64,000 nt of DNA from Octopus vulgaris (Eukaryota), in the NCBI GenBank assembly GCA_951406725.2, contig OX597815.1:93186001-93250000 (forward strand). Direction: 5' to 3'. Shown here one piece after another: positions 42,195-53,891 of the stretch. The first letter of the stretch is position 1; the number at the start of each line of letters is the position of its first letter. The position numbers and the translations under genes were made by a program. A model generated the notes under the pieces. The model did no database searches and was not told the DNA's origin. It worked only from the letters and a program-made list of their open reading frames with translations.

Positions 42195-42540
42195 GTGTAA
42201 CAGTTACATTTATCTCTGCTTATGACCCTCAGTCTGGGCTGAATGATGAGCAGAAGGATCGATTCTATGAGATCCTTTTGCAGACCACCTCAACAAGAAA
42301 TGACAGAGACTTTATTATTGTGGCTGGTGACTTCAATGGACATGTTGGACAGCCCCCTCATGGATTCCAGGGAATGAATTGGGGGCTATGGTTTTGGACC
42401 TAGAAATGAGGAGGGAACAAGACTGCTGGAATTCTGTGATGCAAATGATCTCATGATCTGCATCACTAACTTCAAAAAACCAGCCAACCACTTAATCACT
42501 TATCAGTCTGGTGAGCATATAAGCCAGATTGACTACCAGT
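42195..42540 (+). mobile_element. RTE LINE AP-endonuclease fragment
   Basis: VTFISAYDPQSGLNDEQKDRFYEILL...IIVAGDFNGHVG...GGYGFGPRNEEGTRLLEFCDANDL.I..TNFKK..HLITYQSG..SQIDY. Confidence 0.9.
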
Positions 42541-42587
42541 AAAGTTGTTAACTTGATCATATGATTCCCTTAAATTGTTTCTATCTT

Positions 42588-43661
42588 TTTATGCTTTGAA
42601 GAGAGCAGAAATTGAAAGAGAGGAGAAAGTAAAAAGGTGACATTTGCTTTGAAGTGAGAGGAGAAAATGAAACCAAGGAGAAAGTGAAAGATGTATGTAT
42701 GTGCATATGAAATGGATGTATATGTGTGTGTATGTGAGAGAGACAGACAGAAAGGGAGAGAGAGAGAATGAGTGAAGGTGTGTTGTCGTGTATCTACTTT
42801 TTTGCATGTATGTGTAAGTGGTACTCACTCAATCTCCCTCTCTCTCTCACACACACACAATCTTTCATATACACGTACATAAATACATATGCATACATCT
42901 AATTTGCATGTATATGTGCATACAGAGAAATGGATGCCTTGTAAGGTACACACTCATAGAAAATGTGATGTCATTGCATCAGATAAAATGTCTTTTAGGA
43001 TAGGTGAATTATAGAAAGATCATAATGTAAAATTTTTGTAATGCAAATATGTAAATGAAAATAAAATTTATTTGTTAGCTGAAAGATTACTGAATCTTTT
43101 GATAGCCCATACATTAAAATTGGCAACTCAGTTTCTGAATGTATTCGTTAGTTTCTGTAAAAAAATTTTTTATTCATTTATGCTTTGAAGAGAGCAGAAA
43201 ATAAAAGAGAAGAGAAAGTGAAAGACGTATGTACATGTATATGAAATGGATATGTGTGTGTGTGCATGTGAGAGAGAGGGTGAGTGAGTGAAGGTGTGTG
43301 TTGTTACGTATGTGTAAGTGGCACTCAGTCTCTCTCTCTGTCTCACACACACAAATTCATATGCACATAAATAAATACATATGCATATATCTTTTTGGGT
43401 ATGTGTGCTTGTGCACATGAGTGACTGTATTTTCTCATAACATATAGAGAAATGGTTGTCTTTTAAAGTACACACTCATATAGAAAATGTGACATTGTCA
43501 TCACAGTATAAAATGTTTATGATAGTTGACTTACAGAAAAGATTATGATGTAAAATTCTTGTAATATGTAAATAAAAATAAAATTTATTTAGTAGACGTA
43601 AGATTACTGAATCTTTTGATACCCCATATGTCAAAATCAATAACCCAGTTTTCAAATGCAT
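42588..43661 (+). repeat. Diverged tandem duplication (two units, starts 589 bp apart)
   Basis: tttatgctttgaagagagcagaaa at 42588 and 43177; shared tacacactcata...agaaaatgtga and aagattactgaatcttttgata blocks. Confidence 0.85.
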
Positions 43662-43849
43662 AAGGAAGATACACACACACAAACTCTCTTTTATATATAT
43701 ATGGAAGTGTACCTGTCTGTCATTCCCTTTATCTGTCTATCTCTTCCTGTCTTCTCCCCTTACCTGGTATCAGCCACTCTCATTATGTCACATTTCCCCA
43801 AACCTAACACTTTTGCACCCCTCTCATTTTATCATGTAATAGCGCAACC

Positions 43850-44000
43850 CCCATTATCGATTGTCATTGAAACCCAATTAGCCTATAATTGAACTGGATG
43901 TTAGTTCAACATGTATACAAAGTTCAGTGAAGATTGCTTCCCTAGGTTTGGGCGGCAAGATGGTAACAGACAGATAGAAATTGCCATTTATATATAAGAT
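43850..44000 (-). mobile_element. Helitron-like 5' end fragment
   Basis: Minus strand starts A|TCTTATATATAAATGGCAATTTCTATCTGTCTG, similar in layout to the element at 40897. Confidence 0.4.
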
Positions 44001-44479
44001 ACTCCAGTGATGTATCATGTGTGTTCATTATTAAATATACTGGATGCTAGTGATGTATCATATACTATATACTAAAATGATGTAATGTGTGTGTTCACTT
44101 TAAAACAGACTTTATAGAATTTGTGTGTGGGTATCCAATTTGTGTGAGATAATAGAATATTTTACCATCATTAACCAATATAAACTCTTCATTCACAACA
44201 ATGGAAATAAAATAAAGAAACAACAAAAAAATGAAATTACGATTAAAAACTAAGTAAAAATATAGAAGCAATTTTTGGTTAATATCTTTTTTTTTTCCTT
44301 TTTCATATCAAGTACATAATTGTTTCTCCAATATTCTAAATTATAATGTTATGTGGAGAATATTATAAAATATAATTGTCTATATTTAGATATAGTCTAT
44401 TGAATAATTTCCACAAATCTATTTATAGCAATGAATGAATTATTCAATCAATGAATCAATGAAAAGTGAAAAATCTTAC

Positions 44480-44609
44480 TCTGTTGCTGCTGCCACTGCT
44501 ACTGCTACTGTCTGTTGTGGCAGTGGTGGTGTTGGAGTTTACTGACACCAGACTAGCGCGACGTTCAATATGGACTTCATCTAGAGATGCTGTGTCACTT
44601 TCCATATCC
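44480..44609 (-). CDS. Trio: Trio exon: Ser/Thr-rich PH1-SH3 linker (DMESDTASLDEVHIERRASLVSVNSNTTTATTDSSSSSGSSNR)
   Basis: tttgtcag acceptor and GTAAGA donor; 130 nt, phase 2/0. It exactly bridges the phase-2 end of the previous exon and the phase-0 start of the SH3 exon. Confidence 0.9.
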
Positions 44610-45946
44610 CTGACAAATAGTAAAAATATTTCCACTGTCAAAATCAAACAATTTTAAAATTCAACTTTTATATTTACAACCTAAAAATAAACAATGTGAT
44701 AATTAACAGAAGAGGAGATAAATTGGCTTCAAATTTTGGCACAAGGCCAGCAAGTTAGGGATTGGGGATAGTCAATAAGATTGACCCCAGAGCTCAACTG
44801 GTACTTATTTTATCAACCTCAAAAGTATGAAAGGCAAAGCTGACCTCAGTGGAATGTAAAGATAGATGAAATACCACTAAGCATTTTACTTGGCAGAATC
44901 GATTAAGCAGCCATTTCCAAAAAAAACAAATGTATCTTAAAAAATATAGTTATGTTCATCCATACAATGAAATCTGCAACTGTCTTTAACAGTAACTGTC
45001 TATTATCCTAGACCAAAGAAATATATTTGTTTGTAACATCACTAAATTTCTCGTAGAAAACTGTTTGCCATGTAAAAAGTACCCAGTACTCTCTGTAATG
45101 TGGCTGATGTTAGAGAATGACACCTAGTTGTAGAAACCAAGTGAAAACAGACTATGGAACCTGGTGTGGCCCCTAGCCTTGCCATTTGTTGTAAGCTGTC
45201 TAACCCATGCCAGCATGGAAAACAGACATTAAATAATGATGATGACTTAGTCAACCAATTTTTTTCATCATAGATATCAATATTATTTATATTATATAAA
45301 CACTTCAATTCATATGGCAAAATATATATAATTCTGATTTTAGCTGAACTATATTACTTTGACATATTCACCAGCAAAGACATGTACCAGTGATAACATT
45401 GTTACAGCTAGGTTTCTATATCAATGTAGGTTAGATAATACTAAAAATTAAAATATCTAACAATTTGAGGCTTCCACCACAGAGTGCTGTATGAATATTT
45501 CAGGCAGGGTGATGGTGGAAAAGTTCATCATTATAGTACACACAACCACCTTACAGTAGTATTGGATTTGATGACATTTTGCCTCCACTCTCCACAAAAA
45601 ATAACAGTAAACTGCTAAGGTAGTTAGTACCTAACCAACTCGATAGTGAGTTAGAACCAAATTGCAAACTAGTGTAAAATTCTGAGTATCATATTTTCTG
45701 GCACAGTTGTAATATGATGTGTACCGTGTTGAATGTGTCAGCTCCAATGTGGTAGGCAGGTATTTTGGTTACTGTATTGTTTATGATGCGATAGGTAGGT
45801 AGGTAGGATGGTACTCTGGTCGCTGTGACGTGGTAGGTATGAACCCTGTTTAGTGTTAGCAGTGATTCCAGTATTCTAATACAACAAACAAGTATATATA
45901 AAAAAAAAGAGAGAATAAAACCACATTTTCATGTGCTTGAACTTAC

Positions 45947-46092
45947 CGACTTGTTCTGTTAACAAACATCTTTGGTGCTGCGACAGATTTTGTTAGAGGT
46001 TCTTTCAAGGCAGAGTGCATATAGACGAGACGTTCTTGGATTAACTCTCTCATCTTCTTCACCCACTGCTGTTTTGTATCCAGTGATGATGC
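45947..46092 (-). CDS. Trio: Trio exon: PH1 C-terminal helix (ASSLDTKQQWVKKMRELIQERLVYMHSALKEPLTKSVAAPKMFVNRTS-R)
   Basis: ttatgtag acceptor and GTAAGT donor; 146 nt, phase 0/2. Matches recalled TRIO ASSIENKQDWIKHIREVIQER...ALKEP. Confidence 0.95.
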
Positions 46093-46339
46093 CTACATAA
46101 CCAAGGAGCAGAGATAGAACTTGAAAGAATTTTCATTTAACAGTTTCATACGTGACACAATCTTGACATCACCAGATTCTTTCCCACATACATGTTCATA
46201 TGCAGACACACACATACACACACACAGTCATACACATAAAAACACAAACATGTACAAGCACAAATGTGTGTGCGCACACACACACACACACACAAATATA
46301 AACATACATGTAATTAGCTTCAGGCATTTATATTGAAAT

Positions 46340-47095
46340 TCATCATCATCATCCTCATTTAATGTCCATTTTCCATGCTGGAATGGGTTGGACGGTTTGA
46401 CTGAAGTCTGGAGAGCCAGCGGCTGCACCAGGCTCCAATCTGATCTGGCAATGTTTCTACAGTCGGATGCCCTTCCTAATGCCAACCACTCCGAGAGTGT
46501 AGTGGGTGCTTATTATGTGTCACCGACACAGGAGCCAATCAGGTGGGTCTGGTATTGATCACATTCGGATGGTGCTTTTTGTGTGCCACTGGCACAAGAG
46601 CCAGTCGGGGGGGTACTGGCATCAGCCATGTTTGGTTGATGCTTTTTATATACCACTGCCACGGGAGCCAGTTCGGATGGTACTTTTTACGTGCCACTGG
46701 CACGGGAGCCAGTCAGGGGGCACTGGCCACAGCTACAATATTGGTTTTACTTGACTCAACAGGTCTTCTCAAACATATCATATCACCCGACGCATCAGGG
46801 GTATTCTTAACAGGGCTGGACATGTGTGGCTGCAATCTCACTTTAGTTGCCGGATCTTCTCAATCACAGCATATCTCCAAAGGTTTCAGTGTCTTGTCAC
46901 TGCCTCTGTGAGGCCCAATGTTCGAAGGTCATGCCTCACCACCTCATCCCATGACCATACCAGTGCAGTTGCTTCTCTTGCACACCACATTTGATGCTTC
47001 TTATGCCCAACTTTTCTCTCAGGGAGCTTACACACTGTCGCGTATGGTCACTAACATTACACATCCAGTAGATCATACTAGCTTCAATTCTTAAA
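46340..47095 (-). mobile_element. RTE LINE 3' portion (ORF end, repetitive 3' UTR, (GAT)n tail)
   Basis: Minus frame LREKLGIRSIKCGVQEKQLHWYGH, followed by the tail family ending in gatgatgat. Confidence 0.8.
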
Positions 47096-47475
47096 TACCA
47101 ATTCGTTTATTATTTAAAGATACTTCACAATGGAAGGTAAATATCTACTTTTGTCAATATGTCAGTATATAAATTATTATAACTGATTGTGTCAACATAT
47201 CAAACTATACCTTAGTTTGTCAATACACCAATCTATAAGCTATTACATCCTATTTTCTCAACTTATCAGGTTATTTTAATTTTTCAACATATCTGACTCC
47301 TAGAAGGAAGTTGTGTCTACAAAATAAGAGAACCGACTGCACAAGTTATAAGAGTTAAACCTTTTATTTTCTTGCAATTATCACCATATCTACAAATGAA
47401 AATATATAAAATTGGCAACATTACTAATGTTTGGCTTATATAAATACTAAGAGTTAGTCTGCTAAATGTTCATAC

Positions 47476-47577
47476 CTTCAAAATTATTCTGTAATCAGAA
47501 ATTGGTGCTCTTCCTGTCCAAAGTGCAAACTTGCATTCATCACCTTCTATATGTTCAGTGATGTTGATTTCTGAAAT
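47476..47577 (-). CDS. Trio: Trio exon: PH1 middle (ISEINITEHIEGDECKFALWTGRAPISDYRIILK)
   Basis: ttttatag acceptor and GTATGA donor; 102 nt, phase 0/0. Matches recalled TRIO TEHVEGDPCKFALWVGRTP. Confidence 0.95.
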
Positions 47578-48671
47578 CTATAAAAACACAAAGCAAAGTA
47601 AATTTAAACGTTTAGTAACCACATTTCTAACAACAACAACAAAAACAACACAACCTATATGGTTCAATTAATTAGAAATAATCAAGAATTTGGCAAAGGT
47701 TTGTATAAAGTAACTTTTATTGGAATAGTATCAGTCTATTGTTTAGAACAGAACTTATAGGGCTCTTATATAAAGGGATGGTAATGGATAGTAATTTAAA
47801 TGCAAACACTTTAAAAATGTACAATTTGGAGTAGGTAGGTATTATCGGACTAGTGGTGATCTCATGAAGGTTGGAATCTATGACAAAACCTAAATTAAAA
47901 TAGGTAGAAACAATTTAATGATTGTCCACACATAAGTGTGCGTGATTGGTTTGTGATTTGTATATAACTAGAACACGTCTTAGGGGGTGCATAGAAAGTT
48001 AAACTGTGATCAACAAGACTAAGTAGTGGTCATAATAAATAGACTACAACAACTATAGTACTTGATTGAAGCAATTTTTTCCTTCGTATAATGAGTTATT
48101 TGATGAATATTGATATTTCTCCAAGCAGGAGAAAGCATCCTGATACTTTCTTGTATGTAGCTAAACTCAATTGGGGGTGAGGTGGGGAAATTTAGTGATT
48201 TTATTGCCACATACTGTAAATAGTGTTGTTTTAGATTCAGTCAAAAGTGATTTCATTTGTGACTGTCCTTCTTTTAAGGTTTCTGAGACAGAAAGGTGGG
48301 ATTGGTGAAAGATTTTACTGCTATTTCTAGTAAGCTGTATAACCATGTAGAAAATATCTTAACTCTGAAGCAGGAAATCTTGGTTTAACAGTTACCAGCT
48401 TTCTGTATTTAGAATGGCTTTGATCAATGTAATAAATGAAATTTGTGCACAAAGATACTCTAAGTAGTGAGCTCACCCCTCTGCAGGAAACTATCATTGT
48501 CAGGAATTTGCTGAGCATTGATAAAATTACAAGATTACCCTTTGGAAAAGCATCAATGTTCATAAAATTACTGGTTTTATTGACAGGAAAAAGGGGTAAA
48601 TTAATCTAATCAATTTAGATTAATTATTATGCTTCCTAAGTTATATTTACCAAAATCCAACCTAGTACTAG

Positions 48672-49152
48672 TCAATATCTATAAAGCTGAAATGCGAAAA
48701 ATTTGTTTGTCTCATTTTGGGATGGGAACGGTTTAAGGGGCGGTAGATGGGGTCGGATTGGCTTCAAAATTTACAGGGACATGTAAAAAGAGGCAAGGAA
48801 GCAACTGGACTAGGTTAGAAACCCCTATCTCAAAAGCTGTGGTTACTAGGGCAACAAAACCCAGACTTTGACAAGTGTTTGTCGTTTTTCTCTTTCGGAT
48901 ATCACTCTGTCTTCCTCGATCTCTCTCTTTCCTTCCTTCCCTCCACTTTCTCTTTGTAACGATGTTTGACAGCTTCGTCTCTCTGTCACTCTTTCTCCCA
49001 CTACTTCTGTCTGTATCTATAGAGAGAAAGCGTTGACAGCCGCAAAAGTTTAAATATTCTCGCCACAGGTCTTTTAGAATGGTGAATTATTATCGCCCAC
49101 CACCACCGCACAATCATAACAGATATTATTAATCAGATATATTGTGTTAATT

Positions 49153-49183
<31 letters not shown>

Positions 49184-49976
49184 ATATAAATATATATATA
49201 ATGTGTATACATAATTATATGTGTATATATATAATCATCAATATCTATAAAGCTGAAATGCGAAAAAGTTGTTTGCTTTCTTGGTTATTTGTCTCATTTT
49301 GGGATGGGAGCGGTTAAAGGGGCGGTAGATGGGGTTGGATTGGCGCCAAAATTTACACGGGTGGGTGGGTAAAATGGGGTGGGCAATGGTGTGAGGAGGG
49401 TTGCAAGTCGCTCGGGGCTTCTGTTTGCCATGGTGAGGAATATGGGAAAAATTGAGTTTTATGGGATAGACAGGTTGCACTGTTTGAATAATGGTGGCTT
49501 TTCATGTTGCTGCAGGGGCTAGAGGCAGTTATCTTTAATTATGGGTGTAAAAATTTGGGGGATTTTGGAAGTGGGGGTAAAAATTTTCAACTTTTAAAAA
49601 GAGTACATTTTTGCCCTATTTTTAGATTTACTTTTTTTCTGTTTGCATTATTTGGCTGACATGGGTAAAAATGGCATTGTGTTAAAGGCCAAAATTTTAG
49701 CTTTCATTTGCATCATGAACCATCAAAATATACCAGAAAAAAGTATCAAATTTCACAAAATTTTAAGTAATTTTGGATTATGTGATTTTATGTGCACGCG
49801 TAAGAGAAAGCGAGGCAAAGTCTGAGAGAAAGGAAGAGTAAGAGAGTGGGAAAGTGAGAGAGAAAGGAGAGAGAAACAAAAGGAGGGGAGAATGTATCGA
49901 TAAGAAACAGAAAGGAAGCAACAGAAAGTAACAATCATACCCTCACCCATGCGTAGAGTGGGTCACCTTAAGCTAG
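48672..49976 (+). mobile_element. Composite non-autonomous Helitron (two 5' ends, one 3' end)
   Basis: TCAATATCTATAAAGCTGAAATGCGAAAAA at 48672 and 49238; 3' hairpin-like cccatgcgtagagtggg then CTAG|T at 49973-49977. Confidence 0.75.
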
Positions 49977-52900
49977 TATTTATAATAAAGTCTATACAAT
50001 ATGTGTCTGCTGTACAGAGGAATGAATATTGACATTGAGGCAGGGCATTCCATCCCCTCCCCCATCTCCACCCTCTCTTGCTTCTGATTTAGTCCATCAC
50101 TAGTTTTGTTATATTCTAGTTTTTCTCCTTAGTCACAATAAAATATTTCCATCTCCCACTTAAAAAAAAAAAAAACAATAATGCATGTGATAGAAAAACA
50201 TTGATTTTTTTCTTAGCAGTTACAAACAACATAGGTAGCAAAACTGGCAGAGTTAGAAGATCAAATGAAATTCTTTGTGGTAGTAGTATTTATAGGTAGT
50301 GAAGTGGCAAAGTTACTACATGCCAAATGAAGTGTCTTAGAGTATTTATTCTTGTTTCAAATACTGCAGATATCAACTGTGTCTTTCATCCTTTTTGAAG
50401 TGGCGGGGGAGGGGGGGGGGTAAAATAAAGTACCAGAGAGGGAAGTGAACTAATAGAAGTGTTAGAGTCAAATGGAATGCTTTGCACTTTTGTTCCAGCC
50501 CTTTGTATTCTGAGTTCAAGGTAAGTCTGCAGTTTACAGAGGTGGTAAACCTACACTGTCATTTTTGTAGCATATCAAGTTACTCTTTTGTTATGGCTGT
50601 GTGCAATGGTGCACTGTTTAGGAACTGCTACCCAATACTATCAAAGCATAGTTTAGAATTCATAGTCGAGCTACATATAGTGCAATTTATACTAAACACC
50701 AACAATTTGCTAACACTGATCCCCTAAAAAAATATTTTCTAATGACTACAATTGTCTTTATGTATCAGAAATCACCACTAGTACACCATATCTATCACTA
50801 TGCTCTTTACCCAATCTTAAAGATAAACCATATCTACCACTATACCCGTTACCCAATCTTTCCACTCCAGCAGGACTTTATATCTTTGAATCCTCTCACT
50901 CCTGTGACTTATGTTTCCCATCAATCATGATAATCATCAAACACCATCTTATCCCCCATGGAAAGCAGATGTTAAACAATGATGATGATGTCTCAGTCAA
51001 ATGCTACAGAATGGCTATGGGTACTGATCTTTTCTGATTTTTCATGTACATTTCAGTTTCCTACATTTCTCAGCTTCTATTTTTTATCTCTGAGAACAAT
51101 TCTGTTTTTACACTTTGATGATCACTCTCCTGCCATTCACCACTGAACTGTGAAGTATTAGAGCCTATATATTTACAATTAAGGTTGAGTGACTAGTCGT
51201 TAATGTTTAAGGTTTTCTTGGACTACATTCTTCAGTATGCTCTTTTGATTTTTAAAACAGCAGAGTAATTTGAATGAGATTTGGTTGTTATTTCTGACAG
51301 GTTAATCAAATGCATGATGGTTGTCTTGGTTTGTGTTATATTTAGTGTTGTAGAATGTGTATATACTCCTGATAAGTGTTACATCTAACATTGTTGTACA
51401 GTGTCTATATTCATTAATGGTTGTTGTATCTAATGTTATAGTTATAAAGACTAATTAGTAGTTGGTCTACCATTGTAGGATGATTAACTAAGATAACTTC
51501 AATGACATTATGGACCATTTACTATATTTTTATAGCACTGAAATATAGATTTCTAAAAGAAAATACTGTATTTTACTATATCTGTTATAGTACATTGTGT
51601 ATGTAATGATGGAAGGCAGAAACCATTTTACAGTACTACAAGACAATATATTATGATGTGCATCCAGTCAAACGTTCTAAGTTCACACTGATAATGAAAG
51701 GACTGGGGAGACACTCCTTTCTTAATTTCTTCAGTTTAGTTGCTAACAGGTTTGAGAGAGAGTGAGAGGGAAAATAGCCCTAGTAGCTGACTGGCGCTAT
51801 ATTTATTAACCCTAAAGGGAAGAACGGTAAAACTGATCATGGTGTAATTTGAGTGCAGAAAGCTGGAACAAATATCTCAAGGTATTTTACATAAACTGGA
51901 AAATAATGTTCAAAAATGTAAATGTATTTTCTTTCAGTATCTAAATGGGAGGAAGAAAAGAAGTCTATTTTCAAGAATGTTGATTGCTTGCTTTAAAGAC
52001 TATTTGTAAGAAAGATCAGACAAGACTGAAGTAGAAAATGGTTCTTAGAGCCATCAGTAGGAGGTAACATTCTTTTACATAAAGGTATATATTACAGCTG
52101 CTTCTTTCTTCATCCAGCTAACTGACAAATGTCCAGGTTGCTCTCTTTAATCAAATCAGTTTAATCTAGGTCAAGTAGTTTCTTCCTTGAAATATCTTTT
52201 CCCCTTTCTCATTGCTATAAGAAAAACAATGACATTGGAGCTAGGGAGGGGGGACTGTGTGGTTGCTCAATATGCTAGAAATAGTAGACAAATCTCCATC
52301 ACCTTACACATTCCAACATCTTAAATAAGGAAAGGATACATTAAATAAAGTGGTCCTACATATTTCTAAATGGTCAGAGAGAATGCTTATGGCCATAAGT
52401 CTACTAAACCAAGACTGATTTGGAATTAAATGACAACCAACTAGAAAGAAAAGCTAAAGAAGCTTTCCATACATTCTTTTCAGCAGGGTTTCAGAAGGGA
52501 AGGCTGATAAAAAACATCACATTCACAGTGTAACTCTTAAGATTCTTCTCTATTATCTCATACATCATTTCTGTTTCTTGTATTCACTGCTATGGAATCC
52601 TAGTACAAAATACATTATCATATAAAGGGATAATGAAAATACTAGAAATATATCTTAATAACAGAAGTCTGAGATTTTCCTGCTGTGTTGGTGTGTGTGT
52701 GTATAGAGATAATTATTATAAGTGTCACATTTTTTATTAGTAGAAGTTCCTTAAAGATGATACTATAAATGACTTTACTGATAATATCAGGTCCATGACC
52801 AGATGCAAAGAAACATCTGATCTCTGTGTTATTGCTGAAGAAAAAGAGAAATTCCAACAAAATCTTTTAATGACTAACAATTGCTTCTTATATAGGTACA

Positions 52901-53708
52901 AGGCTTAAAATTTTGAAGGAGAGGTTAGTTAATCAAATTGACTGGTTACTTTATTTTATCAACTCCAGAGGCATAAAAGGTGAAGTTGACCATGACAAGA
53001 TTTGAAACTGGAACATAAAGAGCCAAAGTAAATATCACAAACTTTTTTATTTACAAATTCACTACCATCAGTGATTAATAATTGTCGACTACTTAAGCAA
53101 CTAATTAACCAGTTAATCACTCAATCTATGATGGAATGAGGATATTAAATGATGAGGATGATGAAAAAAGTCCTTTTGTTTCATTCACAACCTCTTCAAT
53201 AACATACTCTCTCTGCTTCAGATCAGCTTAAGAATGCCGCTAATGGCAACAAAATGACTTTACAACAATAGCTGATTGATTGGTTAACTGAATGATTAAC
53301 CCTATAATTGATTAGTTAATTGGTTGAATAGCTAATCAATTAATGAATAATAAAGAAATGAGACAGAACCAGTGTATGTGTGTTTATTATTGGCAAAATG
53401 ACCCTCCCAATATACAAGATCTGCTTCAACACAGAAGTTTACATTGAGAATCTTGCAAACCACATACAAGAATGAAATACTTCGCTTAAAGTTTTTGAGA
53501 AATGCATTAATATCACACACTCTCATTTTCATTACAGCCAAAAGTTTGTGATCTTGCAGCTAAATGAGAAAACATTGTTAAATAAGGTAAAGGAAAATTA
53601 AATATAATTTCTGACAAGTAAATTTAATTGAAATAACCTTCCATCAAGAATCCATTTTTTGTATTGAAACTCTATTGTTAAAAATCAAAGTAACAGAAAT
53701 ATACTTAC

Positions 53709-53891
53709 AAGTAACTTGGTTTTATACATATATTTTGATTTTCCATTACTGTCTTTAATTTCTTTAGCAAAGACGAGACACATCTCAAATAAGAAGATAC
53801 GTCTCTCTCTTCCTTTCTTTATCAAGTTCTTTGGTTCCCAGACTGTGAAGTTATCTTGTAAAAGTACTTCACCTAAAGCTTCTAAATTATC
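53709..53891 (-). CDS. Trio: Trio exon: N-terminal half of PH1 (DNLEALGEVLLQDNFTVWEPKNLIKKGRERRIFLFEMCLVFAKEIKDSNGKSKYMYKTKLL)
   Basis: tttgtag acceptor and GTAAGT donor; 183 nt, phase 0/0. Matches recalled TRIO PH1 (GELILQESFQVWDPKTLIRKGRERHLFLFEMSLVFSKEVKDSSGRSKYLYKSKL). Confidence 0.96.

Noticed and set aside
46500-46740. Repeated gtgccactggcac(a/g)(a/g)gagccagt units resembling a repeat-spacer array
   Set aside because: Degenerate tandem repeats in a LINE 3' UTR in a eukaryotic genome; not CRISPR.
53332-53559. Phase-0 acceptor followed by 75 open codons after the first PH exon
   Set aside because: Would truncate the PH domain, runs into a MITE fragment, and has no recognisable protein features.
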